The translations under genes and the position numbers were made by a program. The notes beneath the pieces were generated by a model. It was not told the DNA's origin and ran no database searches. It worked only from the letters and a program-made list of their open reading frames with translations. A stretch of DNA of 32,000 bases from Candidatus Methanoperedens sp. (GTDB lineage Archaea; Halobacteriota; Methanosarcinia; Methanosarcinales; Methanoperedenaceae), in assembly GCA_027460535.1 (NCBI GenBank), contig JAPZAR010000011.1:60001-92000 (forward strand), written 5' to 3'. Shown in pieces: positions 1-6,572 of this stretch. The first letter of the stretch is position 1; every line of letters begins with the position of its first letter.

Positions 1-391
1 GTTTTTCAGCATCCAGCAGGATAATATTACCTTTTGAGAAAAGTTCGATGAGCAGGATTGTTTTATCCTCCCCTCGCTGGACATGTATCTCGATTATGCG
101 GTCAAAATCATACTGCAATATCTCGGTTATCCTGCCTCCGCTCAGGTGTTTGCGCAGCAGCATGGGAAAGGACTGCGGGAGTTTCTGGGCAACCTCAGGA
201 TGCGCAGTGAGGTGAAGGCGCCGTCCCGCCTCGATTACCAGATTCGTTCTTCCCTCTTTGAAAATATGAAGTCCTATCCTGACCTCGTCAGGTGAATGCT
301 GATATATCTTCGCGATTTTTGCATCGAGAAGACGGGGGCGGAGTTCTTTGATGAGCGCGGCAACATCCACGCTAGACATTTCCTGTTTCAT
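1..391 (-). CDS. NFACT/Rqc2-family (FbpA-like) ribosome quality-control protein, N-terminal part only (gene runs off the left edge)
   Basis: Absent from the supplied ORF track because the window edge truncates it. My own translation starts at the ATG at 391..389 and stays open to position 1: MKQEMSSVDVAALIKELRPRLLDAKIAKIYQHSPDEVRIGLHIFKEGRTNLVIEAGRRLHLTAHPEVAQKLPQSFPMLLRKHLSGGRITEILQYDFDRIIEIHVQRGEDKTILLIELFSKGNIILLDAEK. The pattern SFxMLLRKHLxGxRIxxIxQxxFDRI ... LIxELFxKGNIIL matches the NFACT-N domain as I remember it. Confidence 0.7.
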   Translation of the reverse strand, partial: MKQEMSSVDVAALIKELRPRLLDAKIAKIYQHSPDEVRIGLHIFKEGRTNLVIEAGRRLHLTAHPEVAQKLPQSFPMLLRKHLSGGRITEILQYDFDRIIEIHVQRGEDKTILLIELFSKGNIILLDAEK

Positions 392-446
392 TTGAGGGTC
401 ATATGTGACCGATTTAATTTAAGCTAATGGGATGCCGCGCAGATGA

Positions 447-1310
447 TCAAATCAGACCCTTCAGATACTCGGTTATTTTCACTGTCACATCCACGCCACA
501 TGCTTCGAATATCCCCTTACCCGAAGGCGTTCCATTGATCTCAATGACATAATCCCCCTCGATAATATCCACGCCTGCATAGACCGTGCCTATGATTTTT
601 GCGGCTTCCAAGGCCAGCTCTTCCTGTTCATCTGTCAGTTCGCAGGATTTCGCGCTTCCTCCCTGGCTAAGGTTATTTATCCAGCTTCCTGCCGGAGCGA
701 TCCTGTAAATTGAACCTACTACCTTATTATCCACAACAAACACACGGATGTCCCTGCCGGGATTGGGAATGAATTCCTGGATATATATAAGACCATTTTT
801 TTCAAATAGCTCTTTAAGTCTCAGTGTCCCACGCTCTCCATTTTTTATGCACTCAACATCTATTCCCTTATACCCGAACACTGGTTTCACCACGGCGCGC
901 CCGAAAGAAGCAAGAGCATCTTGAGCATCCTTGATGTTATTGGTTACCACTGTCTTGGGTGTCGATATTCCGTTCTTCTGAAACAAATAGCTTGAAATGT
1001 ACTTGTTTGCCGCCCTTGATATTGACTCAGGGGAATTGATGACTACAACTCCAAGTTCTTTGAGCTGGCTGAGAATATCGTATCTGAACGCAGTGCCATT
1101 CTGGGTCACAGGTCCCATGTCCCGGACGATAACTGCGGAAAGTTCGGTCAGGTCAATTCCGTCTGCATGTATTTTACCCGATGAGATATTCGAAGTCGCA
1201 TCGCTGAAGCTGAACTTTACAGGCTGCATCCCTTGATCTCTCACAGAATTAAAGAGAGCCACACCTGTCCAGTCATCAGGGTCTCTAACTACAATCCCAA
1301 CTCTTTTCAT
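447..1310 (-). CDS. RimK-family ATP-grasp ligase (MptN/CofF/RimK-like glutamate ligase; subfamily not resolvable)
   Basis: 287-aa ORF with ATP-grasp/RimK-like blocks: KPVFGYKGIDV, LIYIQEFIPNPGRDIRVFVVDNKVVGSIYR, GVDIIEGDYVIEINGTPSG. A GGT-GA Shine-Dalgarno-like element lies a few nt upstream of the ATG. Confidence 0.8.
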   Translation of the reverse strand: MKRVGIVVRDPDDWTGVALFNSVRDQGMQPVKFSFSDATSNISSGKIHADGIDLTELSAVIVRDMGPVTQNGTAFRYDILSQLKELGVVVINSPESISRAANKYISSYLFQKNGISTPKTVVTNNIKDAQDALASFGRAVVKPVFGYKGIDVECIKNGERGTLRLKELFEKNGLIYIQEFIPNPGRDIRVFVVDNKVVGSIYRIAPAGSWINNLSQGGSAKSCELTDEQEELALEAAKIIGTVYAGVDIIEGDYVIEINGTPSGKGIFEACGVDVTVKITEYLKGLI

Positions 1311-1402
1311 GAGAGTATCAACCTTTGCGTCAACCTATCTGATGACATAATATACCGCTTTACCCGCGCCCTTTTGCTCAATCAGTTTGAATTCGATCAT
1401 CT

Positions 1403-2098
1403 TTAGAAGCTCCTTGTGCGCGGCCTGGCGGGATATTTTGAAAATTGTCTGGAACTGGCTCGCACAACTCCCGTCTCAAGATGCCTGAATCTGGATACCA
1501 AACAGTACAGGAAATTCACCACCTTCTCAGCAGCATCTATTATCACGCCATCGCTTGATGCAACAATGTCCTTTGAACACTTCAGATCATAATCCACCTG
1601 TTTCGAGGTTCTTGCGTCTCCTTTTAATCCAAATTCGTCGATTCCCTTGCGTAGCACCCTTGCAAGCAAACCGCTCTTGCTTATCTGTGAATCCAGAAGA
1701 AAGCAAACATAAGACGGATTCGCCTCTTTTAAGAACTCCAATATCAACTCAATTGCCTTATCAGAACCTTCTGAAGCCTTAAAATTTCGAAACGTTCCCT
1801 TGATATCCCTAATAACCCCGTCATCACAAAGGTATGCCTTTTTCTCGATAATACTCTCCATACCGATAATGATATTATATCCATCAATCATAATATTATT
1901 TTCATTTATGCTATCGCAAGGCAAAAATTTAGCCTGCCTACTTTCTGAAACCTCCCCCCCCAGAACAGTCCTTGCGAGAAGGTATCTTGAATCTGCACCA
2001 AGACGGTAATGATCGCATACAAAAGCAACAACTGCTCTTTGGGTATAACCCCTGTCGAGAAGGTACCTGATGTCCATAGCCGCATCCTCCAGATTCAT
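1403..2098 (-). CDS. DUF434-type N-terminal domain fused to a putative NYN/PIN-like (YacP/Rae1-like) nuclease domain
   Basis: 231-aa ORF. The N-terminus (DIRYLLDRGYTQRAVVAFVCDHYRL...RYLLARTV) resembles archaeal DUF434. The C-terminal half carries IMIDGYNIIIG, CFLLDSQISKSG, TSKQVDYDL and VASSDGVIID. These parallel the acidic-residue blocks of YacP/Rae1 NYN nucleases (LLVDGYNMIG, VVFDA, TADERIE, VATSDYTE) as I recall them. The start overlaps the pelota stop by 4 nt (2095..2098). The last ~25 codons look non-protein-like (see findings). Confidence 0.55.
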   Translation of the reverse strand: MNLEDAAMDIRYLLDRGYTQRAVVAFVCDHYRLGADSRYLLARTVLGGEVSESRQAKFLPCDSINENNIMIDGYNIIIGMESIIEKKAYLCDDGVIRDIKGTFRNFKASEGSDKAIELILEFLKEANPSYVCFLLDSQISKSGLLARVLRKGIDEFGLKGDARTSKQVDYDLKCSKDIVASSDGVIIDAAEKVVNFLYCLVSRFRHLETGVVRASSRQFSKYPARPRTRSF

Positions 2099-3141
2099 GG
2101 GCTCACCCGGAATCGCAGAAGCGCCGCAATCCCGCCCAGCGATTCAAGTTTCTTTCCTGGTTCGAATTCCGTGCTGAACACCACGATCCTTCCCTGGGAA
2201 TGTTCAACACTCTTTAAGAAGCCATCTATTGAATTTCCCTCGCGTTCTGTCCGCAAAAGTTCGTCAGTGATCAATAATGTCTCTATCGCACCGAGGCTCT
2301 GTGCATTCCTGACATCGGTCATACCGTAAGCTGCCCTGCCGTTCATCGAGATCTCTTTCATCAAATCCTCAATGAGGCAGGCTTCCCTGCCGATCCTTGA
2401 TTCTTCCATTATCCTGTCCACAGCGCCGCGCCGCAACACTTCCTGAAATCCCGATATCCCGATGGATGAAGTGTCTTCAAGAACTATTTTCTTTGCAAGC
2501 TCCTGGTCTCTTGGTTTCAAGAAATCCAAGAAATCCTCTTTTGTAAAGCCAGGACCCGCAAGTATCACAGCATCCACTTTTTCTGACGCCCATTTCAATT
2601 GCGCTGCCAACTCGCCGAAGAACTCGTTCCGTCTATTCCCCTCGCCTTTACCGAGCGACTGGCGCAGGGAGGATGATTCTTCAACCCCGAATTGCCTTAC
2701 CATACCTATGCTGGCCTCTCCTTCCTCTATTGTAGCTATAATAACCTTCGGGCGCAGACCTGCTATCTCGGCTTCCTTTATCCTCTCTATCTGGTCGTTT
2801 TTCCATTTCTTCACTATTGAAAGATTCGTTCCCTCTTCTATGTTCACTGTGTGGTATGCCCCCGTATCTATGCCTTCAAGGATTGTACCGTGCACACGCA
2901 GGCGGTTTGAGAATTTATGGAATTCCACCTTTTCCACAGTTATACCAAGCCTTACAGTTCTCTTATCTGCCTTCTCAGGTCGTAATTTATCCGTGGCCCC
3001 TTCTATTCTTCTTTTGGTAAATGCAAATACGAGATCTCCGGGCTCAAGAATATATTTCAAATGCCAGAGATCGTCCAGCGATTCTGTGATAAGTGAAATT
3101 TCGCCTTCACCGAAACGCAGTTCTTTTTTCAGGACCTTCAT
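2095..3141 (-). CDS. pelA: Pelota/Dom34 ribosome-rescue (mRNA surveillance) factor
   Basis: 348-aa ORF. It shows the typical archaeal Pelota N-terminus (MKVLKKELRFGEGEISLITESLDDLWHLKYILEPGDLVFAFTKRR) and the eRF1-like central and C-terminal domains (AVILAGPGFTKEDF ... ETLLITDELLR). Confidence 0.9.
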   Translation of the reverse strand: MKVLKKELRFGEGEISLITESLDDLWHLKYILEPGDLVFAFTKRRIEGATDKLRPEKADKRTVRLGITVEKVEFHKFSNRLRVHGTILEGIDTGAYHTVNIEEGTNLSIVKKWKNDQIERIKEAEIAGLRPKVIIATIEEGEASIGMVRQFGVEESSSLRQSLGKGEGNRRNEFFGELAAQLKWASEKVDAVILAGPGFTKEDFLDFLKPRDQELAKKIVLEDTSSIGISGFQEVLRRGAVDRIMEESRIGREACLIEDLMKEISMNGRAAYGMTDVRNAQSLGAIETLLITDELLRTEREGNSIDGFLKSVEHSQGRIVVFSTEFEPGKKLESLGGIAALLRFRVSP

Positions 3142-3144
3142 GCT

Positions 3145-3666
3145 TCACCAAAATTTGCGCAGAACATAAAAAAGAATTATGATGAAGACAATTCCCAGAG
3201 CCCATATCAAAGGCTCACTGGTAGCCTGTATTTTCGGAAGAGAATTGTTGTCATTTTGACGCATGGTATTCGCAGGAATTATCGTGGTCCCATTTGTGGC
3301 AGGCAAATCGGGATCAATGAATTGATATATGGAAATTGATACAAGGCTTTGTTCTGGCGACCCGAAATAAACCTTGTTTACCAAAACAGAGAGTATTGTG
3401 GTATTGGTCCTGTTGTACATGAAATATCCAGAACTGTATACAATATCGCTTTTTACTACTTTATCTCCCTCCGTTAACTGAAGCCAGACCGAACCGTCAC
3501 TGCTTACGCTTTTCAAACTGAGCGCATACCCCTGGTACAGCTCCTGCGACTCCCCCGTGGTGAGATAAAAGCCTGTCCCGTTCAGCAGTATGCCGCCGGC
3601 TCCTGAACCTGCGGATATGAAAGCGACCGAACATAGGAATAATATCAGTACATTTCGTCCCATCAT
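3145..3666 (-). CDS. small secreted, C-terminally membrane-anchored protein with a Methanosarcina-type S-layer duplication-like domain
   Basis: 173 aa with an N-terminal signal-like segment (ILFLCSVAFISAGSGAGG). The core GYALSLKSVSSDGSVWLQLTEGDKVVKSDIV resembles the S-layer-related duplication domain of Methanosarcinales. Several N-x-T/S sequons are present, and a C-terminal TM segment (LIWALGIVFIIILFYVLRKFW). It ends 3 nt before the pelota start. Confidence 0.5.
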   Translation of the reverse strand: MMGRNVLILFLCSVAFISAGSGAGGILLNGTGFYLTTGESQELYQGYALSLKSVSSDGSVWLQLTEGDKVVKSDIVYSSGYFMYNRTNTTILSVLVNKVYFGSPEQSLVSISIYQFIDPDLPATNGTTIIPANTMRQNDNNSLPKIQATSEPLIWALGIVFIIILFYVLRKFW

Positions 3667-3723
3667 ATTTTTTCATTGAGTTTGTACGCATGCTTATATA
3701 TTTCCTTTGCATCTCAATGAACC

Positions 3724-3981
3724 ATGGCAATATCGGTCAGGTTGTGCTCTGGAAGGACCGCATTTGAGGTGACCACTAATATCAAATTAGATTTAATGAA
3801 GGCAAGCCTTAAGCTCAATTCAAAAGTGGCGACAAAGCACATTCTGCTGCTGAATTATAGTGGTGTGGAAATCTCGATGTACCCGAGCGGCAGGATGATC
3901 ATCAAGGCAGCTAATGAGGAGGATTCACTGAATATAGCCAGGAATTTATTATCCGAACTTGGATTTACTGAAAAACGATGA
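3724..3981 (+). CDS. hypothetical small protein (85 aa)
   Basis: ORF with protein-like composition. The segment VEISMYPSGRMIIKAANEEDSLNIARNLLSELGF is reminiscent of a TBP-fold/half-barrel beta-alpha unit, but I recognise no family. Confidence 0.4.
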   Translation: MAISVRLCSGRTAFEVTTNIKLDLMKASLKLNSKVATKHILLLNYSGVEISMYPSGRMIIKAANEEDSLNIARNLLSELGFTEKR

Positions 3982-4019
3982 CCAAAAACATGATAAAACA
4001 TTAAAACAATAATGCACCT

Positions 4020-4256
4020 GTGAAATTTATGAAAAGTTATTTGATCGTATGGTTCAGCAGCGAAGGTGGCAAGCCTTCAGAAATCAATCAGCGCCTTATG
4101 TCACTCGGATTTAAACCCATGCAGGGAACCCATGATTTTGTCTATGAATGGAGAAAGAATGTCGAAGTGGATGAGATCCTGCGGTTCGGTGATAAGGTCC
4201 AGATGACGCTTAAGGGTTTGGATGTGATGTTCAAGCTTGAAACTATCAACAGTTAA
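4020..4256 (+). CDS. hypothetical small protein (78 aa from GTG; 75 aa if the ATG at 4029 is used)
   Basis: ORF with protein-like composition (YLIVWFSSEGGKPSEINQRLMSLGFKPMQGTHDFVYEW). The track start is GTG and an ATG lies 9 nt downstream. Family not recognised. Confidence 0.45.
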   Translation: MKFMKSYLIVWFSSEGGKPSEINQRLMSLGFKPMQGTHDFVYEWRKNVEVDEILRFGDKVQMTLKGLDVMFKLETINS

Positions 4257-4331
4257 TCTGTTATCATATTCTTTACCTCTTCTGTTATCGAAAACTATTA
4301 ATTGTGGCGGAACAATATAGTAATTTGCTCG

Positions 4332-4578
4332 TTACACATCTAGTGTAATGGGTGCACGCTACGATGAGCTAGCAAGTGATCGGCAGAAGAACCTCGGAAA
4401 TATTCCGACTTCCAGGGTGTAAATTCCCGGTGACCTTTCAAGGTCTGACAGGAAGGCGGTTTGACTGGATCTCTTCCAAAAGGGTGCCAAAGAAAGCACA
4501 TGGAGTGCAATTTACGGCGAAGACAACACAAAATCAGTGTTGCGAGGGTGCTGTAAGCCCGCGGGGGGTCAGCTCATC
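4332..4578 (+). ncRNA. candidate structured non-coding RNA, identity unresolved
   Basis: It lies in the 332-nt gap between convergent CDSs and is GC-richer by eye than other spacers. Both overlapping track ORFs translate to Cys/Arg/His-rich nonsense. A perfect terminal helix pairs GATGAGCT (4363..4370) with AGCTCATC (4571..4578). It extends with GACTTCC (4407..4413) against GGGGGTC (4564..4570), which needs two U-G wobbles valid only on the + strand. Local hairpins are at 4332..4348, 4394..4408, 4432..4445 and 4524..4542. An AT-rich TATA-like stretch (AACAATATAGTAAT) lies around 4309..4322. Confidence 0.35.
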
Positions 4579-4588
4579 AACCCTATCA

Positions 4589-5110
4589 TCATTTTACAGA
4601 CACGTATTCAATATCCTTTAAAGGATTATTGATATCTCTTAACATGAATTCCCTGTTGACGTGATTCCCGCGTTTTTCAAGTTTATTGTCCCTGTGCATT
4701 CTGGCAAGATACGTGGATACCGTGCTCAGGCCGATTTTTCCATAAATGCTTTCATATCTCTTTTTTACATCAAGGGATGAGAACCAGACCCCGGAGAACT
4801 CAAATCTTAAGAACATCTCTAACCGTTCTTTTAGAGTGAGATTTGGCGCAGCAGAGTTTGAAGAAATGGATGTTTCAGTTGCTTCCATGTCACTCAATAC
4901 AACAGACTCGATGAACTTGATAGCAGAAACCGCCAGGAACTCGCCCTCGAATTCTCCGAATGCCCGTGTGCCGTCATCTTGAACTATATTGATCTGGACT
5001 TCATCGGCATCCACAGAATTTAAGTATTTGATCGCAAGTAGGGTTGAATCGGGGCCCTTGTAGTTTACTGTGCCTGCATTTTTTCCTTCGATTTCCAACC
5101 GTATTTTCAT
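4589..5110 (-). CDS. hypothetical protein with a C-terminal winged-helix-like segment
   Basis: 173-aa ORF. The C-terminal part (KRYESIYGKIGLSTVSTYLARMHRDNKLEKRGNHVNREFML) has an HTH plus wing-like pattern. The N-terminal domain is unrecognised. Confidence 0.5.
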   Translation of the reverse strand: MKIRLEIEGKNAGTVNYKGPDSTLLAIKYLNSVDADEVQINIVQDDGTRAFGEFEGEFLAVSAIKFIESVVLSDMEATETSISSNSAAPNLTLKERLEMFLRFEFSGVWFSSLDVKKRYESIYGKIGLSTVSTYLARMHRDNKLEKRGNHVNREFMLRDINNPLKDIEYVSVK

Positions 5111-5397
5111 AATACCTCAAAATATGAGGGCTGTTCGCCTCATTGAGGCGAACAGCAACGCCTCCGGAGCATCCGGATTTCCCCTCCGATGTCTCCAATC
5201 GGGTGAAATTGTGAACGACACTTCATATGAAAGTCCAACTATATAAGCTTTTCAGATGAAATAGAGGTTATATTTAGTTGTATACAAAAAAAAACATCCT
5301 GAACAGTTTATTTGATAAAAAACAGTTCTTAAAATCGTATTTATTAAATAAATCGTTGAAAACGTTTGTTCTGGTATTAAATGTCCTAATATTCTTG

Positions 5398-5459
5398 GGA
5401 TTAATTTTCCATTTGAAATAATGGGGTAGTATTTTTTTACTTGAACACACTTATTCACA
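5398..5459. repeat. 62-nt direct repeat, copy 1
   Basis: ggattaattttccatttgaaataatggggtagtatttttttacttgaacacacttattcaca. Differs from copy 2 at only 3 positions. Confidence 0.9.
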
Positions 5460-5609
5460 ATTTTCAATCGAAACCAAGGTTCCGAATAAATTCTAATTAA
5501 AGATATTGAATTAAGAGAGATTTTCTCAAAATACAGCATATTAGAAGCGCAAAACCAGTATAACCCTTTGAGAGGGCTTAATCCCCTATAAAGTCCGGCT
5601 AATTTTACA

Positions 5610-5671
5610 GGATTAATTTTCCATTTGAAGTAGAGGGGTAGTATTTTTTTACTTGAACACACTTATTCACA
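5610..5671. repeat. 62-nt direct repeat, copy 2
   Basis: ggattaattttccatttgaagtagaggggtagtatttttttacttgaacacacttattcaca. Same orientation as copy 1, 212 nt downstream of it. Confidence 0.9.
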
Positions 5672-5719
5672 GTTTGTGTCTTAAATAAATCCATATTCAT
5701 CAAGGAAAATCCAGGAATA

Positions 5720-5971
5720 TTATCCTTTCCCTTTTCTTATCAGGAAATGGAAATGCTCTCCCTCTTTGAACAACTTTAAGAACTGGTGCCCGGCCCTCTT
5801 GGCCCAGCGCGGGATATCCTGCACTGCGGCAGGATCATCCGTCACCATCTCCAGTACCTGCCCTACCTCAATATTTTCCATTTCCTGCGTGGTATTAAAG
5901 ATCGGTATAGGACAAAAGAGCCCCACGCAATCAAGTAATCTATCAGGTTTGATCTTTTCTTCTTCGTTCAT
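5720..5971 (-). CDS. TusA/SirA-like sulfur-carrier protein
   Basis: 83 aa with the CPxP active-site motif (LDCVGLFCPIPIF) and the typical two-layer alpha/beta length. Confidence 0.75.
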   Translation of the reverse strand: MNEEEKIKPDRLLDCVGLFCPIPIFNTTQEMENIEVGQVLEMVTDDPAAVQDIPRWAKRAGHQFLKLFKEGEHFHFLIRKGKG

Positions 5972-5972
5972 T

Positions 5973-6515
5973 TCAATCAGGTCCTACCTTCTTGCCATAA
6001 TAATCGTAGAATACCATATCTTCAAGCCTTTTCCTGGAATTTTCATCATGCTTCTGCGGAACGATCTCGGGATAGCCCACAGGAATGATTGTCAATACGA
6101 AATTAGTCTTTGGCACTTTAAGTATTTCACCGACTTTATCCCTTTCTATACTTACCCAGCACGTACCTATCCCCAGTTCCATTGCTGCAAGCATCATATT
6201 CTGCACGGCCATAGCTGCGGCGAACCTGGTCTCTCCGATGCTCTCCACCCATGAGAATTTCCCGCTCACAGGCGGCACGACAACCGCGATCGCCATGGGA
6301 GCCGCTTCAAGATAACCGGAATATCTGGCAAATTTCGAGATTGATTTCAGGGTCTCTTTATCTTTTATGATAATGAATTCCCATGGTTGGGTATTAAACG
6401 GGCTTGGAGCCCATCTGCCAGCTTCAAGTATTTTCCCGATCGCTTCATCGTTGATCAACTCTGGTTTGAACTGGCGAACCGCACTCCTGTTCCTGACCGC
6501 TTCCGAGACATCCAT
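5973..6515 (-). CDS. nitroreductase-family flavoprotein
   Basis: 180 aa. RSAVRQFKPE ... APSPFNTQPWEFIII ... GIGTCWV are classic nitroreductase-fold blocks. It ends 1 nt before the TusA-like start. Confidence 0.8.
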   Translation of the reverse strand: MDVSEAVRNRSAVRQFKPELINDEAIGKILEAGRWAPSPFNTQPWEFIIIKDKETLKSISKFARYSGYLEAAPMAIAVVVPPVSGKFSWVESIGETRFAAAMAVQNMMLAAMELGIGTCWVSIERDKVGEILKVPKTNFVLTIIPVGYPEIVPQKHDENSRKRLEDMVFYDYYGKKVGPD

Positions 6516-6572
6516 ACATTCCCTTCTTTAGCCTTAAGCCCTCGAGAATATAACTCTTTTGGTTTTAAAAAA

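Noticed and set aside
83-295. 70-aa + strand ORF at the left edge
   Set aside because: It lies entirely antisense to a much better minus-strand reading frame, the NFACT/Rqc2 N-terminal domain open from 391 to the window edge. Its sequence has no recognisable features.
2150-2175. tRNA T-arm-like string GGTTCGAATTCC
   Set aside because: It is an isolated match inside the pelota coding region. No acceptor, D or anticodon stems can be built around it.
4332-4578. Calling the structured segment RNase P RNA or SRP RNA
   Set aside because: Some S-domain-like strings are present. The universally conserved P4 sequences (GAGGAAAGUCC and ACAGAAnCCGGCUUA) and the SRP helix-8 GGAA/AGCA motifs are absent. 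The closed structure of about 216 nt is too short for a type A archaeal RNase P RNA. I kept it only as an unidentified ncRNA candidate.
4340-4621. Track ORFs 4340..4531 (-) and 4376..4621 (+)
   Set aside because: The translations are Cys/Arg/His/Ser-rich and mutually overlapping in a GC-rich structured spacer. They look like chance ORFs over an RNA element.
5252-5662. 136-aa minus-strand ORF spanning the AT-rich spacer
   Set aside because: It has low-complexity, Ile/Lys/Tyr/Phe-rich composition. It reads straight through both 62-nt repeats, giving a duplicated nonsense peptide. It is better explained as non-coding repeat-bearing DNA.
5398-5671. Possible mini-CRISPR array formed by the 62-nt repeats
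   Set aside because: Only two copies are present. The 62-nt repeat is far longer than the typical 24-48 nt of CRISPR repeats. The 150-nt spacer is too long. There is no repeat palindrome or ATTGAAA(C/G)-type end at the repeat borders, and no cas genes in the window.
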